DNA of 64,000 nucleotides. Source: an uncultured Candidatus Bathyarchaeia archaeon. GTDB lineage: Archaea; Thermoproteota; Bathyarchaeia; Bathyarchaeales; Bathycorpusculaceae. The translations under genes and the position numbers were made by a program. Position 1 is the stretch's first letter. Every line of letters starts with the position of its first letter. The notes below the pieces were generated by a model. That model was not told where the DNA came from and did not search any database. It saw only the letters and a program-made list of their open reading frames with translations. This document shows, piece by piece, positions 8,784 through 19,624 of the stretch. Location: contig CAZQCX010000004.1 of assembly GCA_964591705.1 (NCBI GenBank), positions 2,473-66,472 on the forward strand. Reading direction: 5' to 3'.

Positions 8784-11471
8784 TCAGGCTAGAAATCTTT
8801 CGAGTTTCGTCAGCCCTATGATCTCCTCGAAGTTCAATCCAAGTGCATCTAGGACTTGGTCAAATGTAGAGTGAAGATACGATATGTACTTGTCCACGTC
8901 AACCTCGCTTTTGGAGACCAATTCAACAGGCTTCACATGTGGCTCTCTGATAACTTTAACGAAGCTTATCATGTCGCCTGCCCGAAGATCCATCCCTCGT
9001 CCTTTGAGGATTTTTGCTGCTTTGACATGCTGAGGTGTTGTTTTTGTGTAGCGCTCGATTTCCTCGCCCAGGACAACGTTGAACGCCAGTTCAGTCGTGC
9101 TTTCCCATTCTCTCCTTCTGAGTTTCATGTAACGTTCGCGAACGATTTCGGCAATGTCTTTTTTTGCTCTCTCAAACTCTGCTGGACTCTTCGCTTTTGC
9201 TAGTCGTTCCTTCATCTGGTTGAAAGCGTTCTTGATGAAGGCAGGTATATGTTTCTTCTTCCCAGTCAAGCCTTTTACATCAACCGTACCGTCTTCGAGA
9301 ACCCCAAGGTAGTTCTTTTTTCGGCTGCTGAAGACTGCGTATCGGTAAACCTTGTCTACGTCCAAGCTCATCTTCAGTTCGTGTTCAGTCCATTGGGTGA
9401 GTTCCTCGACCTGTTCTTTGGATGGGTTTTTCAGGAAGAGGCTGTCTGTATCCCCGTAGAGAACTTGGATGCCAATGTTTTCTGCCTTTCTGAGAATTTG
9501 AGTTATTGAATGTCTGCCGATTGCTGCTGTGGCTTCAGCGACAGGTGGACAGTAGAGATCGAAGCTTTCCGCACCAAAAACTCCGTAGCTAGCGTTTAGT
9601 ATGACTTTGAGAGCTCCCTGTGTTATGTTGTACCACTTCTTTTGTTCCAAAGGCAGTGTTTTGTCTTTGCTGCGCAACTTGTACCATTTCACGCGCAAGT
9701 CTCTTAGCGAGCCTATCAGCAGACTCTCTAACGCTCGTTTTTGCGTGCATGCCCAGTGTGGTGTGTCTGGAATTAGATTCCTACGGCATTCTGGATGGGG
9801 GCAAAGTATGGATTGGTAGCCTAAATTCCAGACCTTTATTATTGAAGGATATAGGCTGGGGAAGTCCATGACCGCAACATTGAAGTGTACTCCCGGGATA
9901 GGTTCAACAACGATTGCGCCTTTGTATTTCTTACCTTTGATTATTGCTGTTGTTGCGGTTTTGCCTTTTTTTGTGAGAATATCTTCAGCGTTCGGAATTA
10001 ACATGTTCCTTTTTCTATGTTCACGGTGCATGAAGTTGCGTATCCATCGTGAGACGCCTTGGCGACTGACATCTTCCATCGGCATGCTGCTTATTCTCGC
10101 TAAAAGGAGGATGAGTTTCATGACTGAGTCGTCTTCGAAGCTTGTTAGTTTGTAGGCAATTTCTGAGTCGCGAAAACAGTATTGTGCAAGTTCATTGTAG
10201 GTTAGCTCATCAAATGTTTTCTCAAGGTGGATTTTTCCCATTCCAATTAAAGCAGTGCCGACGTCATCCAGAGTCACATCGCGATAGCGGTTGCCGAAGG
10301 CGTATATTTGGATCGATCTGTTGTAAAAGAATTTGTACAAGTCTATGTGGACTCCGTATTTTAGGAGGCACACGCGTTTCCCAACTTCTATGGGCACTTC
10401 GGTTCTTTGAAATCCCAGATTTATTGCTCTATGCATCAAGTAGCGAAGATCGAAGTCGTCTCCATTGAAGGTGAGGATGAATGGGTATTCCCACAGAACC
10501 TCGAAGATGGCTCTGATGAGTTGTTCTTCGTTTGGCTGGAATTCTATTGACGCCTCAGATGGCAACTGTTGGTCAACTTCATGGGTTTCTTCGCGTTTTA
10601 GCATTAGCACCTTTTTTTGGTCGTCTGAGGTGTAGATGGAGCAGCAAATCACTGGGTATGAAGCTTCACGTGGATCTGGGACCCGTGTTGATGTGGGAGA
10701 GTAGACTTCGATGTCGATGGCTGCTCTTCGGAATTTTGGAGCGGGGTATTCAAGAAGCCTTGCCCAGTCTTTGATAAACTCGTGTTCTTCAGCGGTGGCT
10801 TCTTCAAAATTCGTTTCTATTCTGTCGAGTACTTCCTCGGCCGCTGACAGCTTCACGGGTATGAGGCTGTTGTTTTTGACCTCAAAGATCATGCCTGGCA
10901 GGAGTTCTTTGTCGTACATGTAAGATTGGTAGTACTTTATTTTCGCCTCCCAGACTTTTGCTTCTTCTCCATGTTCCCCAGCCATGGTCTTTGGGAAGTC
11001 CTCGGGGATGATTTCCCTGATTGTGCCTTGTGGTTTGCCGCCAATTGCAAGGGGGTCATTGGTGACGATTTTTGTGATTTGAATTTTCCTGAAATTGAGT
11101 GGGTCAAACTTTTCTTCTAACTCAAAATGGTCCAGACCAGGATGCCCCATGAGACGAGGTATTTTCTCAAGCTCGATCGGAGAGAGATTTGTTAGGCAGT
11201 ATGGCTTGTGTTCAGTGTTGTCGTACCAGAAGTAGATTTTGCCGCTCCCGGGTTCGTAGAGTTTGATTACCGCCTTACGTTGCCGCCCATCATAGGTTGC
11301 AGATACAAAGAAAGATTGAGGCAGATTGCTCGGAGCTAAAGGCGGAAAAATGCGCCGCTTTGTCGTTTTGGACGGGGTCTCAGCGGCTTGAACAGCGACC
11401 GCATGCATCTTTGCCTCTTCTGTCTGCTTCTTTGGAACCTGTGTATAGTCAAAAAGGCTTTTCTGCTGCAT
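8784..11471 (-). CDS. polB: family B DNA polymerase
   Basis: Exo I AIDIEVYS, motif A DFPSLYPSII, KVILNASYGVFG, motif C YGDTDSLF. 895 aa with no intein-like insertion. Confidence 0.95.
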   Translation of the reverse strand: MQQKSLFDYTQVPKKQTEEAKMHAVAVQAAETPSKTTKRRIFPPLAPSNLPQSFFVSATYDGRQRKAVIKLYEPGSGKIYFWYDNTEHKPYCLTNLSPIELEKIPRLMGHPGLDHFELEEKFDPLNFRKIQITKIVTNDPLAIGGKPQGTIREIIPEDFPKTMAGEHGEEAKVWEAKIKYYQSYMYDKELLPGMIFEVKNNSLIPVKLSAAEEVLDRIETNFEEATAEEHEFIKDWARLLEYPAPKFRRAAIDIEVYSPTSTRVPDPREASYPVICCSIYTSDDQKKVLMLKREETHEVDQQLPSEASIEFQPNEEQLIRAIFEVLWEYPFILTFNGDDFDLRYLMHRAINLGFQRTEVPIEVGKRVCLLKYGVHIDLYKFFYNRSIQIYAFGNRYRDVTLDDVGTALIGMGKIHLEKTFDELTYNELAQYCFRDSEIAYKLTSFEDDSVMKLILLLARISSMPMEDVSRQGVSRWIRNFMHREHRKRNMLIPNAEDILTKKGKTATTAIIKGKKYKGAIVVEPIPGVHFNVAVMDFPSLYPSIIKVWNLGYQSILCPHPECRRNLIPDTPHWACTQKRALESLLIGSLRDLRVKWYKLRSKDKTLPLEQKKWYNITQGALKVILNASYGVFGAESFDLYCPPVAEATAAIGRHSITQILRKAENIGIQVLYGDTDSLFLKNPSKEQVEELTQWTEHELKMSLDVDKVYRYAVFSSRKKNYLGVLEDGTVDVKGLTGKKKHIPAFIKNAFNQMKERLAKAKSPAEFERAKKDIAEIVRERYMKLRRREWESTTELAFNVVLGEEIERYTKTTPQHVKAAKILKGRGMDLRAGDMISFVKVIREPHVKPVELVSKSEVDVDKYISYLHSTFDQVLDALGLNFEEIIGLTKLERFLA

Positions 11472-11651
11472 CTGGGCTATTGACCTTCGATATCAGTATG
11501 TTTAGTTGAAGCTAAAATCTTTGCCGTATCATCGTTTAGATCTGTCCACAAATTATTGCTCAAAAAGTAATGCCAACATTATAAATATGGCAGACGCCGT
11601 ATCAAATATCTCCTTGGAACGCTTGATTGCTATGTCACTAAGTGAAACTCA

Positions 11652-12998
11652 TTGTTGAAAAACGCTTGGCAACTTGCAATAGAAACATTAAACGTAATGG
11701 AGTTGCAAAAGCTAAGTGAACGCTTAGCTCTAGCAAAGATCAGCAAACAGCTGGGCATTGCTGATTCGAATACCATTAGGTACGCTTACGGCCTCGTAAT
11801 TGAAACTGTCAGACGAAAGAACCTCATAAACGAGTTTGTTCAAAGTGTCGTGCACCCAAAGAAACTATGTGATTTCCCCGTAAGCGTGTCATCGTTCCTG
11901 CAACTATACGTTTACCAAACACGCGTCACTAAAAATTGGGCAAGAATAGATCTTGGGGAAGCAACGCGCATCGCTGGACTCGCTCGTGTGATCCTAGGAT
12001 GGCAGACTCTGCGTGGCTCTGAGCAATATTTGGGGTTGTTGCTCACACGACAAATAAAACCTATATTGGCAGGGGCAGACTACGAACAAAAAACTGCCTT
12101 TGACACACTCCAACCAGCCTGGTTCGTCAAATACTGCTTTAAACTTCTGGGCAGGCATGAAGCCTTGACCTTTCTTGAGAGCAGCATCTATCCACCTCCT
12201 GTTTGTGTTCGTCTCAACACGCTCAAGGCATCTAATGAAGATATTCTGGACGAACTCGATGCGGAAGGTGTGAGACTCCAAAAGATTGAGCAACTTCGCG
12301 ATGCATACCATCTTGTAAGAACTCAATTGCCTCTCAAGAATTTGGCGTCCTTTCAAAAAGGTTTGTTCTTTGTGCAAGACAAAGCAAGTTGCTACGCGGT
12401 GGAAGCTGCGAAGCCGAAATCCGGAATGACAGTTTTGGAAGTGTGTGCGGCTCCTGGAGCGAAGACGACTTACATAGCACAATGCATGCGGAATCGAGGC
12501 AGAATATACTCGCTGGACTATTCAGTTCGTCGTTTGAGGAGTTGGAAGCAGGAAGTGAGTCGTATGGGAGTGAACATGGCTGAATCCGTGGCTGCTGACG
12601 CCCGTAACAGTACTCCCTTGAACATAGAAGCTGACTTGGTCGTGTTGGACCCCCCTTGTACAAACACAGGTGTCTTTGGAAGGCAACCCTCCGCGAAATG
12701 GCGGTTGACTCCAAATTCAATTTGGAAAATGGCTGCAATCCAGTGGCAGATGATAAGTAACGTCGCTGAAAGAGTAAAACGAGGCGGAGTTCTAGTCTAT
12801 TGCACCTGCAGTATCACTGTCGAAGAAAACGAAATGATCATTGAACGTTTTCTGAAATGGCATCCAGAATTTCAACTCATTGATCCTTCACCAAAACTCG
12901 GCATGCCGGGGTTAAGAGGATTGGAACGATGCAGGCGTCTCTATCCGCACCTTGATGAAAGCAACGGTTTCTTCATAGCCCAACTAGTCAAGCACTAA
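11652..12998 (+). CDS. NOL1/NOP2/Sun family RNA (cytosine-C5) methyltransferase
   Basis: SAM motif VLEVCAAPGAKTT, catalytic Cys motifs DPPCTNTG and YCTCS, plus an N-terminal NusB-like region. Confidence 0.85.
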   Translation: MLKNAWQLAIETLNVMELQKLSERLALAKISKQLGIADSNTIRYAYGLVIETVRRKNLINEFVQSVVHPKKLCDFPVSVSSFLQLYVYQTRVTKNWARIDLGEATRIAGLARVILGWQTLRGSEQYLGLLLTRQIKPILAGADYEQKTAFDTLQPAWFVKYCFKLLGRHEALTFLESSIYPPPVCVRLNTLKASNEDILDELDAEGVRLQKIEQLRDAYHLVRTQLPLKNLASFQKGLFFVQDKASCYAVEAAKPKSGMTVLEVCAAPGAKTTYIAQCMRNRGRIYSLDYSVRRLRSWKQEVSRMGVNMAESVAADARNSTPLNIEADLVVLDPPCTNTGVFGRQPSAKWRLTPNSIWKMAAIQWQMISNVAERVKRGGVLVYCTCSITVEENEMIIERFLKWHPEFQLIDPSPKLGMPGLRGLERCRRLYPHLDESNGFFIAQLVKH

Positions 12999-13903
12999 AG
13001 CTTTGGAAATTTGTGTTTGTTCTCAAGTTGGCACAGTATTTCAAATATGGTTCTAGCTGCAACGGTCGCAGACACGCCTTGGTCATAAACGGGAGCGATC
13101 TCCAGAACGTCAAACCCAATTAGACGATCGTCGCAGAGTCCACACGCCATTTCCAATAGTATGCTGGTGTCTAAGCCTTCGGGTTCTGGATTCTGCACTG
13201 CTGGCGCGAAAGCAGGGTCTAGAACATCCATATCCAGCGACAAGTAGATATGTTCAAAGGGAGCGAGCTTCTGCTTAATTCTTCGGGTTATCTTTTCTGC
13301 TCCTTCTCTTCTGATCTGGCGAGATGTGAAGAAATCTACTCCTTTCTTTTTTGCATAAGTAATTTCTTCTTTGCAGACAGCTCTTGTGCCAATTTCGACT
13401 ATTGTGCCTGGTCTAATTCTCTCGTTGATCAACCGCATGAATGTGGTGTGCGAAAGTTTCAAACCCATAAATTCCTCCCTCAGGTCAAGGTGTGCATCGA
13501 AACTGACCACTGCCGTCTTTTCTGGATTTGAGACTAAGCCCTTCAATATGCCAAATGTCATAGTGTGCTCCCCTCCTATTGCGACGGGTCTTTTTCCGGA
13601 TTTTCTTATGTCTTCTGCAACGTGTTTCAGTATTTCCATCGTTTTCTCAGGGTCAGCGGAGATGTTTACGTCGCCGAGATCATGCAGCTTAATCTCCTCC
13701 AAGTCGACTTCGCTGCGGAAACTGTGGGTTTCAATGTTGAGGGATGCATGCCTTATTGCGTTCGGTCCAAAACGCGCTCCCGTGCGGTATGTGCTAGTTA
13801 CGTCGAATGGAACCCCAAAGACCACATAATCAGCTCTCTTGAAATCTGTCTGTATTCCACTGAACACGTTTGACTGTGAAACGAAAAGCTCAATATGGCT
13901 CAT
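12995..13903 (-). CDS. speB: agmatinase (arginase/ureohydrolase family)
   Basis: Mn-ligand motifs GGEHTMTFG, SFDAHLDL and SLDMDVLDPAFAPAV. Confidence 0.85.
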   Translation of the reverse strand: MSHIELFVSQSNVFSGIQTDFKRADYVVFGVPFDVTSTYRTGARFGPNAIRHASLNIETHSFRSEVDLEEIKLHDLGDVNISADPEKTMEILKHVAEDIRKSGKRPVAIGGEHTMTFGILKGLVSNPEKTAVVSFDAHLDLREEFMGLKLSHTTFMRLINERIRPGTIVEIGTRAVCKEEITYAKKKGVDFFTSRQIRREGAEKITRRIKQKLAPFEHIYLSLDMDVLDPAFAPAVQNPEPEGLDTSILLEMACGLCDDRLIGFDVLEIAPVYDQGVSATVAARTIFEILCQLENKHKFPKL

Positions 13904-14082
13904 CTTGAGTTCTCATCCTCTGTCACCAGTTTATCCGTCGGGATACTCTAAAGCTTTTTCAACGGTTTTGACTCGCTGTTTCATTTTCTCCGCAGACAAA
14001 CTACCAATCTTTGAGTACAAATGCGGGTAACATTAGATTTATTAGCCCTTCACCCAATGCATAAGTCTTAAGGCGAAGGCAA

Positions 14083-14430
14083 ATGTCAATTGGTTCAAAT
14101 CTGAAAAATGTCAGCATTGGTATAACGGCATCCGTCATATTCTATGGAGCTATTGGAATATCTTTTTTGCTGCTGCTTCCATTTGTGAACTTTCCACCAC
14201 ATATCGGCGTGACTGGGATGATGAGTATTTTGGCTGCTTACGGTTTGTTCACGAAAAGAGTGTGGGCGCCTTGGCTAGTGGTCGCCCTTTTTTTGGTTGC
14301 CCTCACGATAACAGCATTTACTCTCTTCTTCAGTATGTTCGTTAACTGGCCAGTCAACATAGGCTTGATAATTTATCTGATTTTGAATTTCTACTTCATG
14401 TACTGCACTCTTTCAAGGGGGACCCCATAG
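14083..14430 (+). CDS. hypothetical membrane protein (about 4 TM)
   Basis: 115 aa, strongly hydrophobic with helix-length segments. No recognisable motif. 3' end overlaps the convergent moeA. Confidence 0.45.
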   Translation: MSIGSNLKNVSIGITASVIFYGAIGISFLLLLPFVNFPPHIGVTGMMSILAAYGLFTKRVWAPWLVVALFLVALTITAFTLFFSMFVNWPVNIGLIIYLILNFYFMYCTLSRGTP

Positions 14431-15679
14431 AAGCCAAAAAATTGTAGTGCACACCAAACAGAGTGACGACTACCTCATCGTTTTCATCGATAAACTGCAA
14501 GTTTTCTGGAATTTCCAAGTAGCCGTCAGCCTTCGCAAGGGTCGTTATTGCTCCTGAAGCTCCTGTCTCAACAGGTTCAGCTGTGAGTCGATTCAACTTG
14601 TCCACCTTAAGATTAACCATCACGAATGTTCGTCTACCCTTAGCTGAGAACATCCTTGTTGCCGCTATAGCTCTAATCATCACATTCTGAGTTGGTTTTT
14701 TGCCACATAGCTTTTGAATGGCAGGGCGCACAATGAGGTGGAACATTAGTAAGGCAGAAGTAGGATGCCCTGGGAGTGCAAAAATTGGTTTCCTTCCAGC
14801 GAGAGCCATTGTAGTTGGTTTTCCAGGCTTCACTGCTATTCCGCTGAAGAGCACACCCGGCTTTCCCAAGGCGTGTATTGTCTGCGGAACTATGTCTTTC
14901 GGACCGACTGAAACTCCAGCTGAAGTCACAACGACATCGGCTTGTGATACCGCTTTCTCCAGCATTTCTAAAAGTCTGGTTTTTTCGTCGGGGGCGATGC
15001 CCATGTGTATTGGTTTTCCCCCGCTCTCGAGCACTGCTGCTGTTAGGCTAAAAGCGTTTGTGTCGTATATCTTTCCAAGAGGCAAATCATGACCGAGTTG
15101 TGTCACTTCGCTGCCCGTCGATAGCACCGCCACGGTTGGAACAAGATAGACGCCTACTGTTGGTTTGCCTAGCGCAGCTATTACTCCAATCTCTCTTGAA
15201 CCCAGCACTTGCCCTTTACGTAGAACGGTTTCGCCTTCTTTTATGTCGGTTCCTTTTCGCATTATGTTGTCGTTTTTCGCCACGGAGTTGAAAATCTTGA
15301 TAGTTTCATTGTTACGCTCGGTGTCCTCTATCATTACTACTGCGTCTGCGCCATTGGGAATTGGGGCACCTGTAAATATCTCAGCTGCTTCGCCTTTCTG
15401 AAGACTTATCGTTGGAATTTCTCCAACGCGTATGGTGCCTGCATTTCTGAGCTGGATCGGAAGGTTTTCCTCAGCTTCATAGGTATCTTCCGCTTTCACA
15501 GCGTATCCGTCTACTGTTGATCTGTCAAACGGAGGGATGTCGAGTGTTGAAACAACGTCTTCAGCAAGCACGCGATTGTATGCCTCCAACAATGATGCCT
15601 CTTCACTTCCTACTGTTCCAAGGTCGAGGTCACCGATGATTTTCTTTGCTTGACTGAGAGTCAGAAGTTTCCGGAACAT
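14396..15679 (-). CDS. moeA: molybdopterin molybdenumtransferase MoeA (copy 1)
   Basis: PPFDRSTVDGYAV, SAGVSVGPKD, GLPGHPTSA, typical of MoeA/gephyrin E-domain. Confidence 0.85.
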   Translation of the reverse strand: MFRKLLTLSQAKKIIGDLDLGTVGSEEASLLEAYNRVLAEDVVSTLDIPPFDRSTVDGYAVKAEDTYEAEENLPIQLRNAGTIRVGEIPTISLQKGEAAEIFTGAPIPNGADAVVMIEDTERNNETIKIFNSVAKNDNIMRKGTDIKEGETVLRKGQVLGSREIGVIAALGKPTVGVYLVPTVAVLSTGSEVTQLGHDLPLGKIYDTNAFSLTAAVLESGGKPIHMGIAPDEKTRLLEMLEKAVSQADVVVTSAGVSVGPKDIVPQTIHALGKPGVLFSGIAVKPGKPTTMALAGRKPIFALPGHPTSALLMFHLIVRPAIQKLCGKKPTQNVMIRAIAATRMFSAKGRRTFVMVNLKVDKLNRLTAEPVETGASGAITTLAKADGYLEIPENLQFIDENDEVVVTLFGVHYNFLASMGSPLKECST

Positions 15680-15684
15680 TGAGT

Positions 15685-16920
15685 TTACGCCTCTATGTTT
15701 GCAAACAGGTGAACAATCACTTTCTCGTTTTCAGCTATGCCTTCTCTGTTCTCCGAGACAATTACAAACCCGTTGCCTCTAGTCATGGTTGATATGGCTC
15801 CAGACCCTCGCGTGCTGATTGGCTCTGCGAGCATTTCGCCATTTTTCTCGAATACATTGACTCTGGCGAAGGTTTTCCTCCCCAGAGCCGTCGTTACTTT
15901 GCGCGTCATTTTTGCTTCTATTATGGGTCTATTTTCTACATTTTTCATCCCGAGCATCTTGCAGATCAGTGGTCTCCCGAAGATTTCGAAACCCACGAAG
16001 GCTGCAACGGGGTTGCCGGAAAGGATTAATACAGGTTTTCCATCAAGCGCTGCTAGAGCAGTGGGCATGCCTGGTCTGATTGCAACACCATGAACGATAA
16101 CACCAGGTTTCCCGATTTTGTTGACAGCTTCCGGGACCAGGTCTGTGCCTCCGACGCTGGTGCCTCCTGTTGTGATTACTGCGTCAGCGATTTTGAGTCC
16201 GATCTGAACTTTTTCCGTAATATCAACGACGTCGTCTTTTACTATCCCTAAATCCAGTGGCTCTACGCCCAACTCTTCACACATGGCTGAAATCATTATT
16301 CGGTTGGATTCATAGATCTGGTTTTCTTCTAGCGAAATGCCCGCTTCAATGAGCTCGTTTCCTGTGGCCAATACTGCAACTCTCGGCTTTTGCATGACTG
16401 TGATTTCGCTGTGACCAAGAGCGGCCAGAAGCGCTAGATGCTGAGGTCGTAGACGTGTTCCCCCTTTTACAGCGACTTCCCCTTCTTTAATGTCTTCACC
16501 TTTGCGCGACACATTTTCATACGGCTTCACTTGGCTCCACACTTCGATCTTGTCATCTAATCTCTTAGTTTTCTCCAGCATTATCACGGCATTGGCTCCT
16601 TTTGGGATGGGATTGCCAGTCCAAATTTGCTTTGCTTGTCTGGGACCTGTATCTTCTAGTTCTGCTTTTTCTGTGAGTCGAAAAAGCAATGGTTTAGATT
16701 GTGATGTACCAGTAGTGTCCTCTGGTTTGACCGCGAATCCGTCCACGGCGCTTCGATTGAATCTTGGCAGATCCTGTCTTGCTTGAACATCTTCAAGGCA
16801 AATGCGATTAGCCGCTTCGCTCAATGCTACTTTTGTACCCCTTGTTTCAATCAGGGATGAACTAAGCCATGTTTGTAAAGCTTCATAGCTAAGTGTCAAC
16901 TTCTGGAATCCTTTCATCAC
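15685..16920 (-). CDS. moeA: molybdopterin molybdenumtransferase MoeA (copy 2)
   Basis: PRFNRSAVDGFAV, TGGTSVGGTD, LSGNPVAA. Tandem paralogue of the preceding gene. Confidence 0.85.
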   Translation of the reverse strand: MMKGFQKLTLSYEALQTWLSSSLIETRGTKVALSEAANRICLEDVQARQDLPRFNRSAVDGFAVKPEDTTGTSQSKPLLFRLTEKAELEDTGPRQAKQIWTGNPIPKGANAVIMLEKTKRLDDKIEVWSQVKPYENVSRKGEDIKEGEVAVKGGTRLRPQHLALLAALGHSEITVMQKPRVAVLATGNELIEAGISLEENQIYESNRIMISAMCEELGVEPLDLGIVKDDVVDITEKVQIGLKIADAVITTGGTSVGGTDLVPEAVNKIGKPGVIVHGVAIRPGMPTALAALDGKPVLILSGNPVAAFVGFEIFGRPLICKMLGMKNVENRPIIEAKMTRKVTTALGRKTFARVNVFEKNGEMLAEPISTRGSGAISTMTRGNGFVIVSENREGIAENEKVIVHLFANIEA

Positions 16921-16982
16921 AATATCCCCAGTTCAAGTAACTGCTTTGTTCTTTTGATGTAGAAAAACGTATCGAAGAGATT

Positions 16983-17852
16983 TCAACATAGTTTTCTGCT
17001 GACTTCCAATAGTGTGTTCTTCATCTTTACGGCGTCAATGTCTAACAGTGGCGTTTCGCAGATCACGACTGGACGGAGGTCGAATTCAGATATGACTTCA
17101 GCAAGAAACTCGAAGCTGGGACCATACTTTTCCTCATCCAAAACACGATGGCGTCTCTCACCTTTTTCGTCAAACTCGATTTTTGTGAAATGTGTATGCA
17201 TGCTTCGAGCAGCTTTGATTCCAAGCTTGTCTTCAACTTTTTCTATTACGCCCCTGAAATCGAGTTTAGTCCTGAACTTCCCCATCTCTCGAGCATGTAA
17301 ATGTGACCAATCAATAACCGGCTGAGTCCTTTCAACTTCTGCACAGATACTTAATACTTCATCCAATGTACCAAGTTGAAAATGCTTCCCCATGGTTTCT
17401 GGTCCCAGCTTGACGTTCCGCATTCCCATGTTATCTAATGCGTTGACAACATCCTCCAAAGCTTTTGTACATTTCTTGAAAGCATTGACTTTGCCTGCTT
17501 TTCCATAAAAACCAGGGTGAAAGACTACAACATAAGCTCCCATCCATTCTGCAGCTGAGACACAGGCGATTAGGCGCCGCTTGCTTGCTTCCAAGATCTC
17601 CTTTTCCCCAGCCAAGTTAATGTAGTAAGAGCCGTGGAGGCTGAGCAAAACGTCGTGTGCCTTGGCTTGGAAGCCGAGCTTCTCAGCCTCTATCTGCTTG
17701 ATTTGTGGTTTTTGTCCCCAGCGGACAGCTTGGTACTCAAAGGCATCTAGTCCCTCTTCTCTAAGAAGGGCAGGTACTGCTGAAAGATCTGCTCCCATGG
17801 CCCTAAACAAGGGTGGCACGCCAGCAGGTCCGAAACGATAATGGTCAGCCAT
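16983..17852 (-). CDS. nfo: endonuclease IV family AP endonuclease (xylose isomerase-like TIM barrel)
   Basis: LSLHGSYYINLAG and VVVFHPGFY align with E. coli Nfo HDSYLINLGH and LNFHPGSH. Confidence 0.7.
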   Translation of the reverse strand: MADHYRFGPAGVPPLFRAMGADLSAVPALLREEGLDAFEYQAVRWGQKPQIKQIEAEKLGFQAKAHDVLLSLHGSYYINLAGEKEILEASKRRLIACVSAAEWMGAYVVVFHPGFYGKAGKVNAFKKCTKALEDVVNALDNMGMRNVKLGPETMGKHFQLGTLDEVLSICAEVERTQPVIDWSHLHAREMGKFRTKLDFRGVIEKVEDKLGIKAARSMHTHFTKIEFDEKGERRHRVLDEEKYGPSFEFLAEVISEFDLRPVVICETPLLDIDAVKMKNTLLEVSRKLC

Positions 17853-18011
17853 TGGTTTTGTCTTCTGTGTTCTTCATCGTGTATCTCATTTCGGTACTAT
17901 AAAGCATGTTTCTCTGTTCTGTAACTTGCCTTCTTTGTTAGGTAATTCTGAAACACCGTCTCAATTTCCAATATCTGTCAATGCAACCTGTGGTGTGTGA
18001 TTAGAAACCTG

Positions 18012-18803
18012 TCACAGTAGAAGTTGAGCTAGGGTTGGCACGAGTACGAATAGGCGAACGTAACTTCCCAATGCCAAGATTCCAATTGTTATTAGCAATA
18101 ATGCGAAATCGTTTCGGTGCAGTTTGAGTTCATAGAGATTGGTCCGTTTCTTGGTAGCTCCCCAGGCTCGGGATTCCATGGCTTCGGCCAGCTCCAAGCT
18201 TCGTCTGATTGCGCTTACAATTAAGGGAATGAGTATGGGGACGTAATTTCTGATTCTTTTCATGAAGCTGCCCTTTTCCAGCTCCAACCCTCTTGCCTTC
18301 TGCGCATCCATTATCGTTTGTGCTTCTTCCGCCAGAACTGGGACAAAGCGCACGGCTGTGGTGAAGGCGAAGGAAAACTCGTAGGGAACTCGGCTCTGTT
18401 CCAGAGCCAAGCCAAGATGATCTGGTGAGGTTGTTAGGAAGAAGACTGAGAAAGATTCCACTAAAACTATGAAGCGCAGCGTCATCGCAGCGGAGTATTC
18501 CACGTCTGTTGCAAGGATTGTGTAGCTGGCTCCTATGAATCTGAAAAGTATGTTGGTGAGAAAAATGAAAGTTGCCAAGAAGAGCGCTCCTCGAAGAGAT
18601 CGGACCCACTCTTTTCGAACGCCTGCTAATAGAACAAAAGGAATTTGCATTATGAAAAGAGCGAACAAGGGTAATATCTCGCCAAACAATATCGCCAGTG
18701 CGAAAACCCCTAAGACATAGATGAACTTGATTCTAGGATCTAGGTTGTGTATTGGTGAAAAGACCCTGCGGAACTTTAGGCCGTCAAAGACGCTCCTGCT
18801 CAT
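18012..18803 (-). CDS. ecfT: ECF transporter transmembrane (T) component, EcfT/CbiQ family
   Basis: 263-aa polytopic protein with DAQKARGLEL and LAEAMESRAWG coupling-helix motifs. 4-nt overlap with the upstream ATPase gene. Confidence 0.8.
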   Translation of the reverse strand: MSRSVFDGLKFRRVFSPIHNLDPRIKFIYVLGVFALAILFGEILPLFALFIMQIPFVLLAGVRKEWVRSLRGALFLATFIFLTNILFRFIGASYTILATDVEYSAAMTLRFIVLVESFSVFFLTTSPDHLGLALEQSRVPYEFSFAFTTAVRFVPVLAEEAQTIMDAQKARGLELEKGSFMKRIRNYVPILIPLIVSAIRRSLELAEAMESRAWGATKKRTNLYELKLHRNDFALLLITIGILALGSYVRLFVLVPTLAQLLL

Positions 18804-19624
18804 TTTGCTTGGTTCTCCATAATGCTGAGCAGGATCTCTTTTGCTTCATAGGCATCAATTACATCTTTCGTCAATCCTAAGTGTTTTAGATGTCCAAAGA
18901 TTTGTGCAATCTGTGGCAGAACAATTGATGACTGCGTCAATGCTTCTGTATTGGTGAGGATCTTCTTCCCTTCACCATCAGCGATTATTTTTCCCTCTCT
19001 CATTAGAATGACCCTTGGATTGCACTCAGCTACAAACTCCACGTCGTGTGTCACGATTACCACGGTCTTTCCTTGAGTCTGTAGCTGAACGATGAACTGT
19101 CGAAGCTTCTCTTTCTGCTCGTGATCTTGGCCAATCGTCGGCTCATCTAGAATAAGCATCTGTGGATCCCAAGCCAAAACCGATGCCAGAGCGACTCGTT
19201 TTCGCTCGCCTCCACTAAGCATGAAAGGGGAGGTCTTCCTATATTGGGTCAGCGACAACAGATTTAGGACCCAAGTGACCTGTTTTTCAATGACTTCTTC
19301 AGTGAAACCGAAGTTCTTCAGGGCAAATGCGATTTCTTCCTCGACTGTTTCGCTGAAAAGCTGGTGGTCAGGGTTTTGAAAAACAAAACCTACGGTTTTG
19401 GATAGGCTTGCGATACTCGCCTTCGTGGTTTCTGTATTGTCTACAAGAACCTTTCCTGTTGAAGGTTTCAACAGCCCATTGAAGTGTTTGACCAGCGTTG
19501 TTTTGCCAGCACCGTTTTGCCCCATTATGGCAACGAATTGTCCGTCATCGATTTTGAGTGTAACTCCTTTCAACGCTTCTACGCCGCTAGGATACTTGAA
19601 ACAAACGTTCTCTACCTCAATCAA
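18800..19624 (-). CDS. ecfA: ECF transporter ATPase component (second of two)
   Basis: Walker A GQNGAGKTT, signature LSGGERKRV, Walker B LILDEPT. Confidence 0.85.
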   Translation of the reverse strand: MIEVENVCFKYPSGVEALKGVTLKIDDGQFVAIMGQNGAGKTTLVKHFNGLLKPSTGKVLVDNTETTKASIASLSKTVGFVFQNPDHQLFSETVEEEIAFALKNFGFTEEVIEKQVTWVLNLLSLTQYRKTSPFMLSGGERKRVALASVLAWDPQMLILDEPTIGQDHEQKEKLRQFIVQLQTQGKTVVIVTHDVEFVAECNPRVILMREGKIIADGEGKKILTNTEALTQSSIVLPQIAQIFGHLKHLGLTKDVIDAYEAKEILLSIMENQAK